The notes beneath the pieces were generated by a model. The model was not told the origin of the DNA, did no database searches, and was given only the letters and a program-made list of their open reading frames with translations. From positions 15,676 to 79,675 of the forward strand of contig JBGSWK010000042.1 of assembly GCA_041752475.1 (NCBI GenBank): DNA of 64,000 nucleotides. Reading direction: 5' to 3'. Of the stretch, positions 42,818-55,081 are shown one piece after another. Numbering within the stretch: position 1 is the stretch's first letter; every line of letters starts with the position of its first letter. This DNA is from Pyrinomonadaceae bacterium (GTDB lineage: Bacteria; Acidobacteriota; Blastocatellia; Pyrinomonadales; Pyrinomonadaceae). Made by a program: the position numbers and the translations under genes.

Positions 42818-44383
42818 CTATCGCAACCTGTCGAGCATTGCGACCGCTTCGGGATTGTCCGGGAAAGTCTCGAGGATTCTGTTCAGTTCGCCTTCCGCAC
42901 GTTTAAGCAGATTGTAGTCAACAAAGAACTCCGCCAGCAGTATCCGGAAAGTCGGATTTCCGGGATCGAGTTTGATCGCCGTCTGCAATTCGGCCTCCGC
43001 CTTGAACTTTTGCGAGCGATCGGTCGCCAGGACCTTTCCGTAATACGCGTGATACCGGGCAACTTCGGGCGCCATCGAAACGGCGCGGGTGAGATACGGC
43101 AGGGCGGCATCGTAGTCTTCGTCCATCAGCAAATTGAATCCGTGGTCAAATATCTCGGACGCCTCGCGGAGCTGAGTTTGGCTCGACTGCTTTTCAGGTT
43201 CGGCGCCGATCTTGCCCTGACGGCGCAGTTCATCGAGTATCGATTTGAGCCGGTAGTCGTACCGCGACCGCGTTTCTTCGTTTCGCAGCGTTTCGAAAGC
43301 GTGAGCGATTCGCGTGAATGCGTCTTGAATCCGGCGCTGACTTACGGCGTCCGCGGAACGATGGTACATATCCGGGTGAAATTGCTTGGCGAGCGTGAAA
43401 TAGGCCTGCTTTAGCCTGGGCGCATCCGAGTCGATCGGAACTCCGAGGGTTTCATAATGCGTTTCCGCCCCTTCCACGCGCGACAGATATGCCTCAAGCG
43501 TGATCTCGCGTTTGGGCGGCTCTGCGGGAGCGGCTGCGGACTCGGGTTCTTTGATCCCGACGCTTTGCTTCCCGATTTCGGCGGTGGCAGGTTCAGGGAT
43601 TGGCGGCGGCTGTTTCTTTATTTCGATCTTGGCAGAGCGGATCTCTAAAATTCGCCTCGGACCTATTGCCGTGTTCCAACCGCTCCGTTCGAGAAATCCG
43701 CCCAGCCAAAGAGAGTAGATGACGCGCAAATTCTCGGCATCGGTCATTCCGGTCATCGACATCAGTTCCTCGACGCGGAGCAGGCCGCCTTCAAACCGCG
43801 AGAGCATAAAGGCTTCGGGCGGCAAAAGGTTGATGTGCGACGGTGCCGTCGCGCGCCGGCCGAACATCTCCTTGAAGCTCTTGAATCGGCGGACGATGTT
43901 TTCCTTCGACATCTCGCGTCCGTATTTGATAAGAATTCCGTGGATGTCGGGTTTGTAGCTCAAATTGTCCCTGATGCGGGCCAGCGGACTGAAGGCCCAC
44001 GTGCCTTCCCTCCAGTGGATCGATTCGTGAAAGACCGACTCGACTTGACGGGCGAACACCGTATCGAGCGTCGAATCGGGCAACGTGTTTGATTCACGGA
44101 GCGCTTTCGCAAGCAAGTGATCATTTGTGAAGTCCGTGATCTCGACAAGCTGCTCCTTCGCTATCAGGTCGGCGTCGAGCAGTATCTGAAAAATACGATG
44201 CCGGCGCTGATTCGAGACAGCAAAAAGCAACTCGCCTTCACGAAAGTAGAAGATCGCCTTCGAGTCGCGGGCCGAAACGCGGATCGAGCCTTCAAGACCC
44301 GAATCGAGCAGTTCAAGCAAAACCTCCGCGAACGGATGTTCGACGAGATCTCCCGAAATTTCCAGATTTTTTGATGAACTCAT
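42818..44383 (-). CDS. DUF4388(PATAN-like)/J-domain/TPR protein
   Basis: N-terminal SGDLVEHPFAEVLLELLDSGLEGSIRV (DUF4388-like), central J domain with HPD (YETLGV...QFHPDMY), C-terminal TPR repeats. Confidence 0.8.
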   Translation of the reverse strand: MSSSKNLEISGDLVEHPFAEVLLELLDSGLEGSIRVSARDSKAIFYFREGELLFAVSNQRRHRIFQILLDADLIAKEQLVEITDFTNDHLLAKALRESNTLPDSTLDTVFARQVESVFHESIHWREGTWAFSPLARIRDNLSYKPDIHGILIKYGREMSKENIVRRFKSFKEMFGRRATAPSHINLLPPEAFMLSRFEGGLLRVEELMSMTGMTDAENLRVIYSLWLGGFLERSGWNTAIGPRRILEIRSAKIEIKKQPPPIPEPATAEIGKQSVGIKEPESAAAPAEPPKREITLEAYLSRVEGAETHYETLGVPIDSDAPRLKQAYFTLAKQFHPDMYHRSADAVSQRRIQDAFTRIAHAFETLRNEETRSRYDYRLKSILDELRRQGKIGAEPEKQSSQTQLREASEIFDHGFNLLMDEDYDAALPYLTRAVSMAPEVARYHAYYGKVLATDRSQKFKAEAELQTAIKLDPGNPTFRILLAEFFVDYNLLKRAEGELNRILETFPDNPEAVAMLDRLR

Positions 44384-44524
44384 CGAAAAATTGATGCGGC
44401 GGCAGGAAAAATATGTGTTTATCGCCGTTAATCATCATATCAAATCGCATACTTGGAAGTTAAGAAAAATTTTCGGCAAGCAAATTGTCTTATGGGTTCG
44501 GCCTCTGTTAAATTTGTTGACTGA

Positions 44525-45286
44525 ATGATGCCACTCTCAACCACGGAGATCAGTGTTCGCGAATGTTCGTCGGTGGACGAACTCGGCGCGTGCGTTCAGC
44601 TCCAGCGCGATGTCTTCGCACTGCCCGAGCTCGAGATATCGCCGGTTCGGCATTTTATCGTCACGAATAACGCGGGCGGCTTTACGCTCGGCGCGTACGC
44701 CGGTGAACGACTCGTCGGATTCGTTCTCAGCGTTCCGGCTTTTTTGCGGGGCGAGCGCGCGTTCTACTCGCATATGACGGCCGTCGCGAAAGACTTTCAG
44801 AGCTTCGGAATCGGAGCCCGCCTCAAATGGGCGCAACGGGAACGATCACTGGCAACCGGAGTCAGGTTCATCAAGTGGACGTTTCAGCCGGTCCAGGCGC
44901 GCAACGCCCACTTCAACCTGGAGAAACTCGGGGCGATAGTCCGCCATTACGAACCGAATTTCTACGGCACCGATTATTCGACTTCGCATCAGCAAGCCGG
45001 AAACCTCGGACTCGACAGTGACCGTCTCTTCGCCGAATGGGACCTTGAGAGCGAAAAAGCCGTCGCGCTTTCCCGCGGCGAGGCTTACCAAGAAACGGCC
45101 GCCGTCGAGCGGTTCATCGCGATTCCCTCAGCTTGGGACGATCTCGTAAAATCCGACCTGCGCGGTGCGATCGCCGAACAGCAGCGGATCAGGGACGAAT
45201 TTCAAAACGCATTTGCGGAGGGGCTCATCGCACGCGGTTTTTCCCGCGGCGATTCGGCGCCCCGATACTTGCTTTTTAAGGATTGA
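44525..45286 (+). CDS. GNAT-superfamily protein (COG3375-like predicted acetyltransferase)
   Basis: Acetyltransferase-like core (FQSFGIGARLKWAQRE) with a C-terminal extension; assignment from memory of the family. Confidence 0.5.
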   Translation: MMPLSTTEISVRECSSVDELGACVQLQRDVFALPELEISPVRHFIVTNNAGGFTLGAYAGERLVGFVLSVPAFLRGERAFYSHMTAVAKDFQSFGIGARLKWAQRERSLATGVRFIKWTFQPVQARNAHFNLEKLGAIVRHYEPNFYGTDYSTSHQQAGNLGLDSDRLFAEWDLESEKAVALSRGEAYQETAAVERFIAIPSAWDDLVKSDLRGAIAEQQRIRDEFQNAFAEGLIARGFSRGDSAPRYLLFKD

Positions 45287-45297
45287 TCGCCCGTCCG

Positions 45298-46334
45298 ATG
45301 TTTAAGATCGACGTAAATCCGGACATTCGCCTCGCCGAGACCCTGTCGGCGGATTTCTACACGAGCGATGAGGTTTTTAGCGAATCCAAGGATAAGATCT
45401 TCGCGCGAACGTGGCAGGCGGCGTGTCCCGCACCATCCGCGGGACGCATCAGACCATTCCAACTGCTGCCCGGCTTTCTGGACGAACCGATAGTGTTGAC
45501 GCGTCCGGCCAACTCGCTCCGGTGCCTTTCGAACGTGTGCACGCATCGCGGCAAGATCATCGTCGAAGATGAATGCGACACGAGCGGTCTGCGCTGCCGT
45601 TATCACGGTCGGCGGTTCGATCTATCGGGGCGGTTCCAATCGATGCCCGAGTTTGAGGGAACTCTCAATTTTCCGTCGCCGGGCGATGATCTGGCCCTCA
45701 TCCCCGTTGAGGTCTGGCAAGATCTTGCATTTGTCTCGCTCACGCCGGTCGTGCCGTTCGACGAAATCCTGAAAGATGTCCGGCGGATGACAGCGGGTCT
45801 CTACCGCGAGCAGCCACAGTTCGTCTCGGCCGCGGACTACACGGTCAAAGCGCATTGGGCGCTTTATTGTGAAAACTACCTCGAAGGGTTTCACATTCCA
45901 TATGTTCATCCGCAACTCAACCGGGCGATCGACTACGGTTCGTACCGGACCGAACTGTTCAGATATGCGAGTGTCCAGATTGCATTGTCTGACGAACCGG
46001 CGGCAACTTTCGACGGCGAGATCGCGGCCTTTTATTTCTTTGTGTTTCCGAATCTGATGCTCAATTATTATCCGTGGGGCGTTTCGGTGAACATCGTCAA
46101 GCCCGTGAAGCCAGACCTGACGACGGTTTCGTACCTGACGCTCGTCGCCGATGAATCAAAACGCGAAACCGGCGCCGGCGCGGGTCTTGAGACCGTGGAA
46201 TTCGAGGATCAGGCGGTCGTCGAATCCGTGCAGAAAGGGATCCGTTCGCGATTCTACGATCGCGGCCGCTACTCGCCGGCGCGCGAGCAGGGAACGCATC
46301 ACTTTCACCGTTTGATCGCGGAGTTTATGAACCG

Positions 46335-46338
<4 letters not shown>
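45298..46338 (+). CDS. Rieske (2Fe-2S) non-heme iron oxygenase alpha-subunit-like protein
   Basis: CTHRG...CRYHGRRF Rieske motif and NYLEGFHIPYVHP mononuclear-iron motif; ATG 45298 (TTG 45283 would overlap the upstream stop). Confidence 0.85.
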
Positions 46339-48864
<2,526 letters not shown>

Positions 48865-48907
48865 AAGCGATCATTGGGCTAAAGCCCGAAAACCGGGTGG
48901 GCTTGGA

Positions 48908-49103
48908 ACCACGGTCTGAAGACCGTGGCAATTGATAAGAATGTTTGAAGATTCTGGCAATTGACAAGAGTGTCTGAAGATTGTGGCAGTTAAGGAGACT
49001 GTCTGGAGATTATGGCGATTGAGAAGAATGTCTGAAGACCGTGGCAATTGACAAGAATGTCTGAAGAACGTGGCAAATGAGAAAAATGTCTGAAGACCGG
49101 CGC
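48908..49103. repeat. 29-bp tandem repeat, 6.5 contiguous copies (GTCTGAAGACCGTGGCAATTGACAAGAAT)
   Basis: Units at 48914, 48943, 48972, 49001, 49030, 49059 and 49088 (partial); the first unit is extended to the hairpin ccacggtc-tgaa-gaccgtgg (48908-48927). Confidence 0.9.
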
Positions 49104-49141
49104 ACAATCCGGAATCACAGATCACAACTCCGAAATACTGA

Positions 49142-50893
49142 TTAACCGCGTCCCAGTTTTCTCGCGAACGCTCGGTAGATCTTGTCGATCTCGTCGATCC
49201 GCAGGATCTTTGCCGCGACGACGAAGACCAACCCGCCAAGTCCGATCGGGACGAAACATTCGATCGATTTTGATATGATCCCATGTCCGCCGAGCCAGCC
49301 GTGGAGGAATTTGTAACTGAACCAGCAAACGACGGACATCAGCGCTGACGCGATGACGATCTTGACGAACGAGGCGGCGATGTCGCGGCCGTTGATCCGC
49401 TCGATTCGGCGCCGCATCATCAGCGCGAGAGCGAAGAAATTCACCAATGCGACCGACGACGTGGCGAGCGCGACGCCGACGTGTCCGAGATTGTAGACCG
49501 AGAGAAGATCACGAAAAAGAAAACTCGCGCCGGCGTTGACGATGATCGACCCGACGGCGATGATCATCGGCGTCCGCGCGTCGTCGAGCGCGTAAAACGC
49601 CGGGGAAAGCACTTTGATCGCGGCGTATCCGGTCAGTCCGATCGAGTAGCCGGCAAGAGCGTAAGCGGTCATCGGAACATCCGAATCCTTGAACGCGCCG
49701 CCGTGAAGATACAGCAGCCGGATTATCGGTTCGCTGAGGACGACCAGTCCGCAGGCGGACGGCACGGTCATCAGAAAGATGAGCTTCATCGACGACGAAA
49801 GCGTGTCTCGAAAGTCGGCGAACTTGCCCTCGCTCGCCATCCGCGACAGCACCGGGATCGACGCCGTGCCGACCGCGACTCCAAAAACGCCGATCGGGAA
49901 CTGCATCAGCCGAAATGCGTAACTCAGCCAGCTTCGTCCGCCGTCGATGCCCGAAACGATCGCCAAATTGACGAGGACGTTGATCTGCACCGCGGATGTT
50001 CCGATGATGGCCGGGGCCATCAGTTTCATTATCCGGCGCACCCCTTCGTCCGTGAAACTCAGTACCGGCGAGAATCTGAAACCGACCTTGAGCAACGACG
50101 GAACCTGCATCAGAAGCTGAGCGCCGCCGCCGATCAGTGTTCCGATCGACATCCCGATGATCGCCCATTGCGCGGTTCCCGAAGGGATGATCGATTTGCT
50201 GCCCGACGTCTCCCAGCTTCCGCCGGCCAGCCAGTACGCGAACCCGAGTCCGAAGAGGATCGAAACGATGTTGAAAACGGTTGACGCCGATGCCGGAACG
50301 CCGAACACGCCTTTTGTGTTCAAAACTCCCATCGCAACCGCGGCAAGCGCGACGAGCAGTATGAACGGGAACATTATCTGCGTCATCGTCACTGTCAAGG
50401 CTGCCTTTTCAGGCGAAAAGCCGGTCGCGACGATCGACACCAGGAACGGTGTCAACAAAATGCCGGCGATTACGAAAACGCTGAGTACGACGGCCAGCGC
50501 ATTGAAGACCATACTCGCGAGGCGCCACGCTTCCTGCTCGCCCTTCTTTATCTGGTAGTCGGTAAACACCTTGACGAACGCCGCGGACAGCGCGCCTTCG
50601 GCAAAGAGATCGCGGAGGACGTTCGGGATCGTAAACGCCGCCTGGTAAGCGTCGTAAAGAAATCCGGCGCCGAAATAATAAGCGAAGACCTGTTCGCGGA
50701 CGAGCCCGAGAACCCGTGAGAACATCACCGCGATCGAGACAATGCCGGCCGATTTCGCGACGCTCGTCTGTTTCGTCCGGGGTCCGTCAGCGGCGTCGTC
50801 GAACGAAGGCTCGGCGGTCTCTTCGGGTTCTTCAGTTTCGGGATGATTTGATCTTTCGATTTCGCTCATTTCAGGTTCCGGAACCTGACGCAT
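49142..50893 (-). CDS. murJ: Lipid II flippase MurJ (MviN family)
   Basis: About 14-TM MOP-superfamily protein with the MurJ N-terminal signature (SRVLGLVREQVFAYYFGAG); start uncertain (ATG 50893 or 50869; TTG 50911). Confidence 0.85.
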   Translation of the reverse strand: MRQVPEPEMSEIERSNHPETEEPEETAEPSFDDAADGPRTKQTSVAKSAGIVSIAVMFSRVLGLVREQVFAYYFGAGFLYDAYQAAFTIPNVLRDLFAEGALSAAFVKVFTDYQIKKGEQEAWRLASMVFNALAVVLSVFVIAGILLTPFLVSIVATGFSPEKAALTVTMTQIMFPFILLVALAAVAMGVLNTKGVFGVPASASTVFNIVSILFGLGFAYWLAGGSWETSGSKSIIPSGTAQWAIIGMSIGTLIGGGAQLLMQVPSLLKVGFRFSPVLSFTDEGVRRIMKLMAPAIIGTSAVQINVLVNLAIVSGIDGGRSWLSYAFRLMQFPIGVFGVAVGTASIPVLSRMASEGKFADFRDTLSSSMKLIFLMTVPSACGLVVLSEPIIRLLYLHGGAFKDSDVPMTAYALAGYSIGLTGYAAIKVLSPAFYALDDARTPMIIAVGSIIVNAGASFLFRDLLSVYNLGHVGVALATSSVALVNFFALALMMRRRIERINGRDIAASFVKIVIASALMSVVCWFSYKFLHGWLGGHGIISKSIECFVPIGLGGLVFVVAAKILRIDEIDKIYRAFARKLGRG

Positions 50894-51004
50894 CGGGTCC
50901 GGCGGTTGCAAAGCTTGAATTATGCTTTGATTTCACCGACGTTGCAACACGAAAAAAGGAGCCGCCAACGGGCCGCTCCTTTGATCAAATTTCTGATTCG
51001 GAGA

Positions 51005-52399
51005 TCAGTCAAGACGCGCGCGCGTCTCAGGATATGTTACACGGGTGTTGGCGATGCGCACGTCGAGCGAGACCGCATTGTAATTCATCGGCACGGCCCC
51101 GCCGAATTGTCCCTGGATCGTCGAAACATAGCTGTTTTGAAACGCCCTGAACCGCGGAACGCTGCCGCGCTGATTGAAGATGACGAACAAAAGCGTCCCG
51201 CCGCGGGTGCCGATCTCGCCCGCGAGCGCGCTGACGCCGCCGTCGGTCCGTCCGAGAGTTCCGGTCTTGCCGACGACGCTGCCGCGGGCAAAGTCGGAAT
51301 CAAAACGCCCTTCGAGCGTTCCCTTGTCGATTCCGGCCACCGGCATCACGTCGGAAAAGTTCAACTTGTATCTCGCGAGGTCATTTCGAAACGCGCGAAG
51401 CAGTTTCATCATCGCTTTCGGCGTGACGCGATTGATGCCGAGTCCGCTTGATGTTTGCAGAATGAATTCCTGCGGCAAGACGCCCGCGCCCTGCTGTACG
51501 AGCTGAGCGACGCGATATGCCCCGCCGACCATATCGCCGAGGCGTTCCGCCAAAAAGTTGTTCGAGTAGCTGAGCGTAACCTTGAGGATCTCTTTCATCG
51601 GGGCCGATTCGTGCGTGAAAAGCGGACGGAGGCTGCTCGGCATCGGCTGCACGTAAACCGTTCCCGAGATCGAAACGGACGGAAGCGAGATGGTCTGCCC
51701 GAACTTGCCCGAATTCAAAAGGTAATTCTGCCAGGCCTTGCTGGTCGCCGCATTTCGGCGCCCGGCGTCGAGCGACGCCAGCAGACTGTTGCCCGAGGCG
51801 ACCGGCGACATACTGTAGTTCATCGCAAAATTGTCGGTCACGATCAGATCGCCGCTGATGTTTTGAATGCCGAGATTGTTGAGTTCGTGGGCGAGACGGA
51901 CGCCGTGTTCAAGGTTAAACATCGGATCGCGCCCCGAGACGTAAAGATTACCGACCAATGTACGCGTCGTGCGATCGACCTGGCCGTCTGTCCAAATAGT
52001 CGTCTGAAATCGAAATTCGGGTCCGAAGGTCTTCAAAACGGCGAACGCTGTCGCTATTTTGACGTTCGATGCCGGATTGAAGGCATAATTGGAATAGCTG
52101 TCAACGACGGTCTTGCCTTCGAGAGTTTCAACGAGTACGCCGGAATAGCCCGGAATCGGAAGGCTTGCCAGAGTCGGATAAACCGACGCCGCGTCGACGG
52201 TCTTGGTCACACCGTTCGTATTCGGCTGGTTATTGACGGAGCCGCCCTGCGGAACGATCTGAATATCCTGCAGCAGCGGTTTCGGAGTCGGCGAAGTGGC
52301 CGGCCGGGTGTAAACCTGCCCGCCCGCATTCAATGCCGTAAATCCGAACGCCAGGAAAACGGCGCAAACGAGGACAATTCTATCGGTAAAACTCTTCAT
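51005..52399 (-). CDS. dacB: D-alanyl-D-alanine carboxypeptidase/endopeptidase, PBP4 (S13) family
   Basis: SxxK (ASNVK), SxN (YSNN) and KTG (GKTGTL) motifs, signal peptide. Confidence 0.8.
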   Translation of the reverse strand: MKSFTDRIVLVCAVFLAFGFTALNAGGQVYTRPATSPTPKPLLQDIQIVPQGGSVNNQPNTNGVTKTVDAASVYPTLASLPIPGYSGVLVETLEGKTVVDSYSNYAFNPASNVKIATAFAVLKTFGPEFRFQTTIWTDGQVDRTTRTLVGNLYVSGRDPMFNLEHGVRLAHELNNLGIQNISGDLIVTDNFAMNYSMSPVASGNSLLASLDAGRRNAATSKAWQNYLLNSGKFGQTISLPSVSISGTVYVQPMPSSLRPLFTHESAPMKEILKVTLSYSNNFLAERLGDMVGGAYRVAQLVQQGAGVLPQEFILQTSSGLGINRVTPKAMMKLLRAFRNDLARYKLNFSDVMPVAGIDKGTLEGRFDSDFARGSVVGKTGTLGRTDGGVSALAGEIGTRGGTLLFVIFNQRGSVPRFRAFQNSYVSTIQGQFGGAVPMNYNAVSLDVRIANTRVTYPETRARLD

Positions 52400-52621
52400 T
52401 ATTATTTATGATGTTCGTTATTTGTGTTTGCGGCAGGCTCTCTCCAAGAAGAAAGGCTGACCGAATTATAGCACAACACCACGTCGTCTTTTCAAGCGCA
52501 TTCGCACGAGGGCCAAACGCCCGCCCACGATTCTTGGATGAAACCACCCGATTCCGGGATGCCGTCAAACAATAATTACTTATAGAAACGACATATATTT
52601 CTTATACATCAAGACGGATCA

Positions 52622-53419
52622 ATGTCAAGAAAAATTTCCGTCTTTCGGAGCGATTTATCGTCAGTCTACGACGAAATTGCGCTTGCTCGCCGCTGCTTTC
52701 CAAAAATGTTGCAATTGCCCCTCGATAGGCATAGTATTGACCGCAATCAGACGTCTGTGAAGAAAGAGCGCGAAACCTCAACAATTGAAAATATCAGAAA
52801 GGCCCATACCGAACGCCTTCCGGAGATTCGACGGCGGCTGAGCGAGTTCGAATCGATCTGGCGGTCAAAGGATGACGCGCGGCTTTGGGAAGAGATGGTT
52901 TACTGTTTTTTCACCGGCGGCTGTTCGGCACGAATGGGTCTGCGGTCGATCGAAGCCGTACGCGATTTGCTCAAGGAAGGATCGCACGACGATTTGATGA
53001 ACGCGCTCGTCGGTCGGCACAGGTATCCGCGGGCCAGGTCGCGCTACATTGTTGCCTCGAGAGATTTTTTGACCGCGGACTGCGGAATGCGTTTGTTTGA
53101 GCGGCTCAGCCGCTTCGAAGACCCGCACGAACGCCGTGATTGGCTGGTCAGGGAAAAGGGGATCAAGGGGCTCGGCTATAAAGAGGCAAGTCATTATCTG
53201 CGCAATATCGGCTTCAAAGGTTACGCCATTCTGGACAAGCACGTTTTGCGATGTATGACCGAATTGAGAATTATTGAGGAACCCAAGCCACCAAATACAC
53301 GTTCAAGGTATCTAAGGGTCGAAGACAAACTGAAGGAATTTGCCCTTTACGCCCGGATCGACTTCGATGAATTGGACTTGGTCCTGTGGTCAATGAAAAC
53401 CGGCGAAATTCTCAAATAA
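52622..53419 (+). CDS. ogg: 8-oxoguanine DNA glycosylase/AP lyase, Ogg2 (archaeal/thermophile) type
   Basis: HhH-GPD region GLGYKEASHYLRNIG followed by ILDKHV (catalytic Lys/Asp positions); start uncertain (ATG 52622 or 52706). Confidence 0.7.
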   Translation: MSRKISVFRSDLSSVYDEIALARRCFPKMLQLPLDRHSIDRNQTSVKKERETSTIENIRKAHTERLPEIRRRLSEFESIWRSKDDARLWEEMVYCFFTGGCSARMGLRSIEAVRDLLKEGSHDDLMNALVGRHRYPRARSRYIVASRDFLTADCGMRLFERLSRFEDPHERRDWLVREKGIKGLGYKEASHYLRNIGFKGYAILDKHVLRCMTELRIIEEPKPPNTRSRYLRVEDKLKEFALYARIDFDELDLVLWSMKTGEILK

Positions 53420-53449
53420 GCAAAATCTGAATTGAGAAGGAGTATTGGA

Positions 53450-55021
53450 ATGATGCGATTTAGGATTCTTAACGTTTTCGGTTTTGGGGTCCCTGTGCGT
53501 CTTCTGCTTCTTTTCTCGATCGTCCTCGCATTGTCGGTGACGACATTTGCCGCGGACGACGTGCAGCAAACCGACGAGGATTCGCGGTTCCTCGTAAAGC
53601 AGTCCGAACGGCTGATGCGAAAAGGCCGGTTCGATGAGGCCGAGAAGTTGCTTCGTGCGCTGCTGGCCCGCGAACCGGGGCATTCGGCGGCAAAGCTCAA
53701 GCTCGCGTATCTTTCACTCAAACGGAAGAGGATCGTCGACGCTTACGAACTCTCGTTTGAAGTGGCACGGGCCGAACCGAACAATTCTTACGCGTTTGCC
53801 GTGCTCGGCGCGACATTGCTCAACGCCGGCAACTTTCGCGAGGCTGAAACGCTTCTCATCAACTCGCTCAGACTCAATAAGAAAGAGGCACTCGGATGGG
53901 CCGGACTCGGAATGCTCGACTTTTACGAAAACCGCATCAACGATTCCATCGAAAACTTGCGGACGGCGGCCTATTTTGATGCCGGGGAGCCCGATTTCGT
54001 CTTTTCACTGGCACAGGTCACGGCCCGCGGCGAAAGATATAAGGAGGCGGCCGACGCGTATCGGACCTTTCTTCGCGTTTCGCCGGAATCCGACGGTGAA
54101 CGGCGCGACCGCATCAAAGGACTGATCAGCTTTCTGACGTTCTTGGGCCAGAAGTCGGCGCTGTACGAGGTCGCCGGAGCCGAAAACGCCTCGATCAAGG
54201 TCGAGCTTTTGCGTGACCGTCCCGTTATCGAGGTGCGTGTCAACAGAAACGACAAACCTTTGCGTTTCGTGCTCGACACCGGGTCGGGCATCAGCGTCAT
54301 CTCCCGCGAGACCGCGGAGAGAATGAACATCAAATCGGTGACGCGGGGCGGGCTGGCAAGGGCGATCGGCGGGAACGGAAAGTTCGAGATCATTTACGGA
54401 TTTCTGAAGTCGGTAAACATCGGCGACGTGCAGATCAGAAGCGTACCGGTTTACATCCGCGACTTTCACGAGAACGACGAGCGGATCGACGGCTATATCG
54501 GCCTCTCGCTCATATCCAAGTTTTTGACGACACTCGATTACGGCAACAAAACGTTTTCGCTAGTTCGAAGAGACAATTCCGACAGTATCGAATCGGTTTC
54601 GAGTTCCGGCGTCTTTCTTCCGTTGCGGCTGACGTCAAGCGGCTTCCTCAGTGGCGAGGTTCAGCTTGAGGGCGTCGAGAACCGCCTGAACTTCATCGTC
54701 GATACCGGTGCGAGTGTTTCCGTGATCTCAAATGAATTGGCGGGATCGGACGAAATGCGCGGCTTTCTGCGTAATGAAACGATGCGCGTCGTGGGAGCCG
54801 CGGGCATAACCGACAATGTCAGGTCGTTCCTGTTGCCGCGGGTCACCTTCGGCGATAATTCACGCGAAAGCATAATGGCGATCGCGCTCGACCTCAACAT
54901 CATCAACGAAGCCTCCGGATTCCGACAGTCCGGAATTCTGGGCGGCAATTTTCTCAAGAACTACCGCCTGACCTTCGATTTTAAGAATTCAAAGGTTATC
55001 TTCTCGCCGGTCGCAAAGTAG
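53450..55021 (+). CDS. Secreted TPR protein with two retropepsin-like aspartic protease domains
   Basis: AAGGAG RBS; signal peptide; TPR repeats in the N-terminal half; two D(T/S)G motifs in the same context: FVLDTGSGISVIS and FIVDTGASVSVIS. Confidence 0.7.
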   Translation: MMRFRILNVFGFGVPVRLLLLFSIVLALSVTTFAADDVQQTDEDSRFLVKQSERLMRKGRFDEAEKLLRALLAREPGHSAAKLKLAYLSLKRKRIVDAYELSFEVARAEPNNSYAFAVLGATLLNAGNFREAETLLINSLRLNKKEALGWAGLGMLDFYENRINDSIENLRTAAYFDAGEPDFVFSLAQVTARGERYKEAADAYRTFLRVSPESDGERRDRIKGLISFLTFLGQKSALYEVAGAENASIKVELLRDRPVIEVRVNRNDKPLRFVLDTGSGISVISRETAERMNIKSVTRGGLARAIGGNGKFEIIYGFLKSVNIGDVQIRSVPVYIRDFHENDERIDGYIGLSLISKFLTTLDYGNKTFSLVRRDNSDSIESVSSSGVFLPLRLTSSGFLSGEVQLEGVENRLNFIVDTGASVSVISNELAGSDEMRGFLRNETMRVVGAAGITDNVRSFLLPRVTFGDNSRESIMAIALDLNIINEASGFRQSGILGGNFLKNYRLTFDFKNSKVIFSPVAK

Positions 55022-55081
55022 CAGCGATCCGATTCGGGACGTTTGACTTCGAACACCGGAATTGAGAACGTAACTGTTCCG

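Noticed and set aside
48914-49103. 29-bp repeat array considered as a CRISPR array
   Set aside because: The units are contiguous with no spacers, they diverge from one another, and no cas gene or leader is present in the window. It is a plain tandem repeat.
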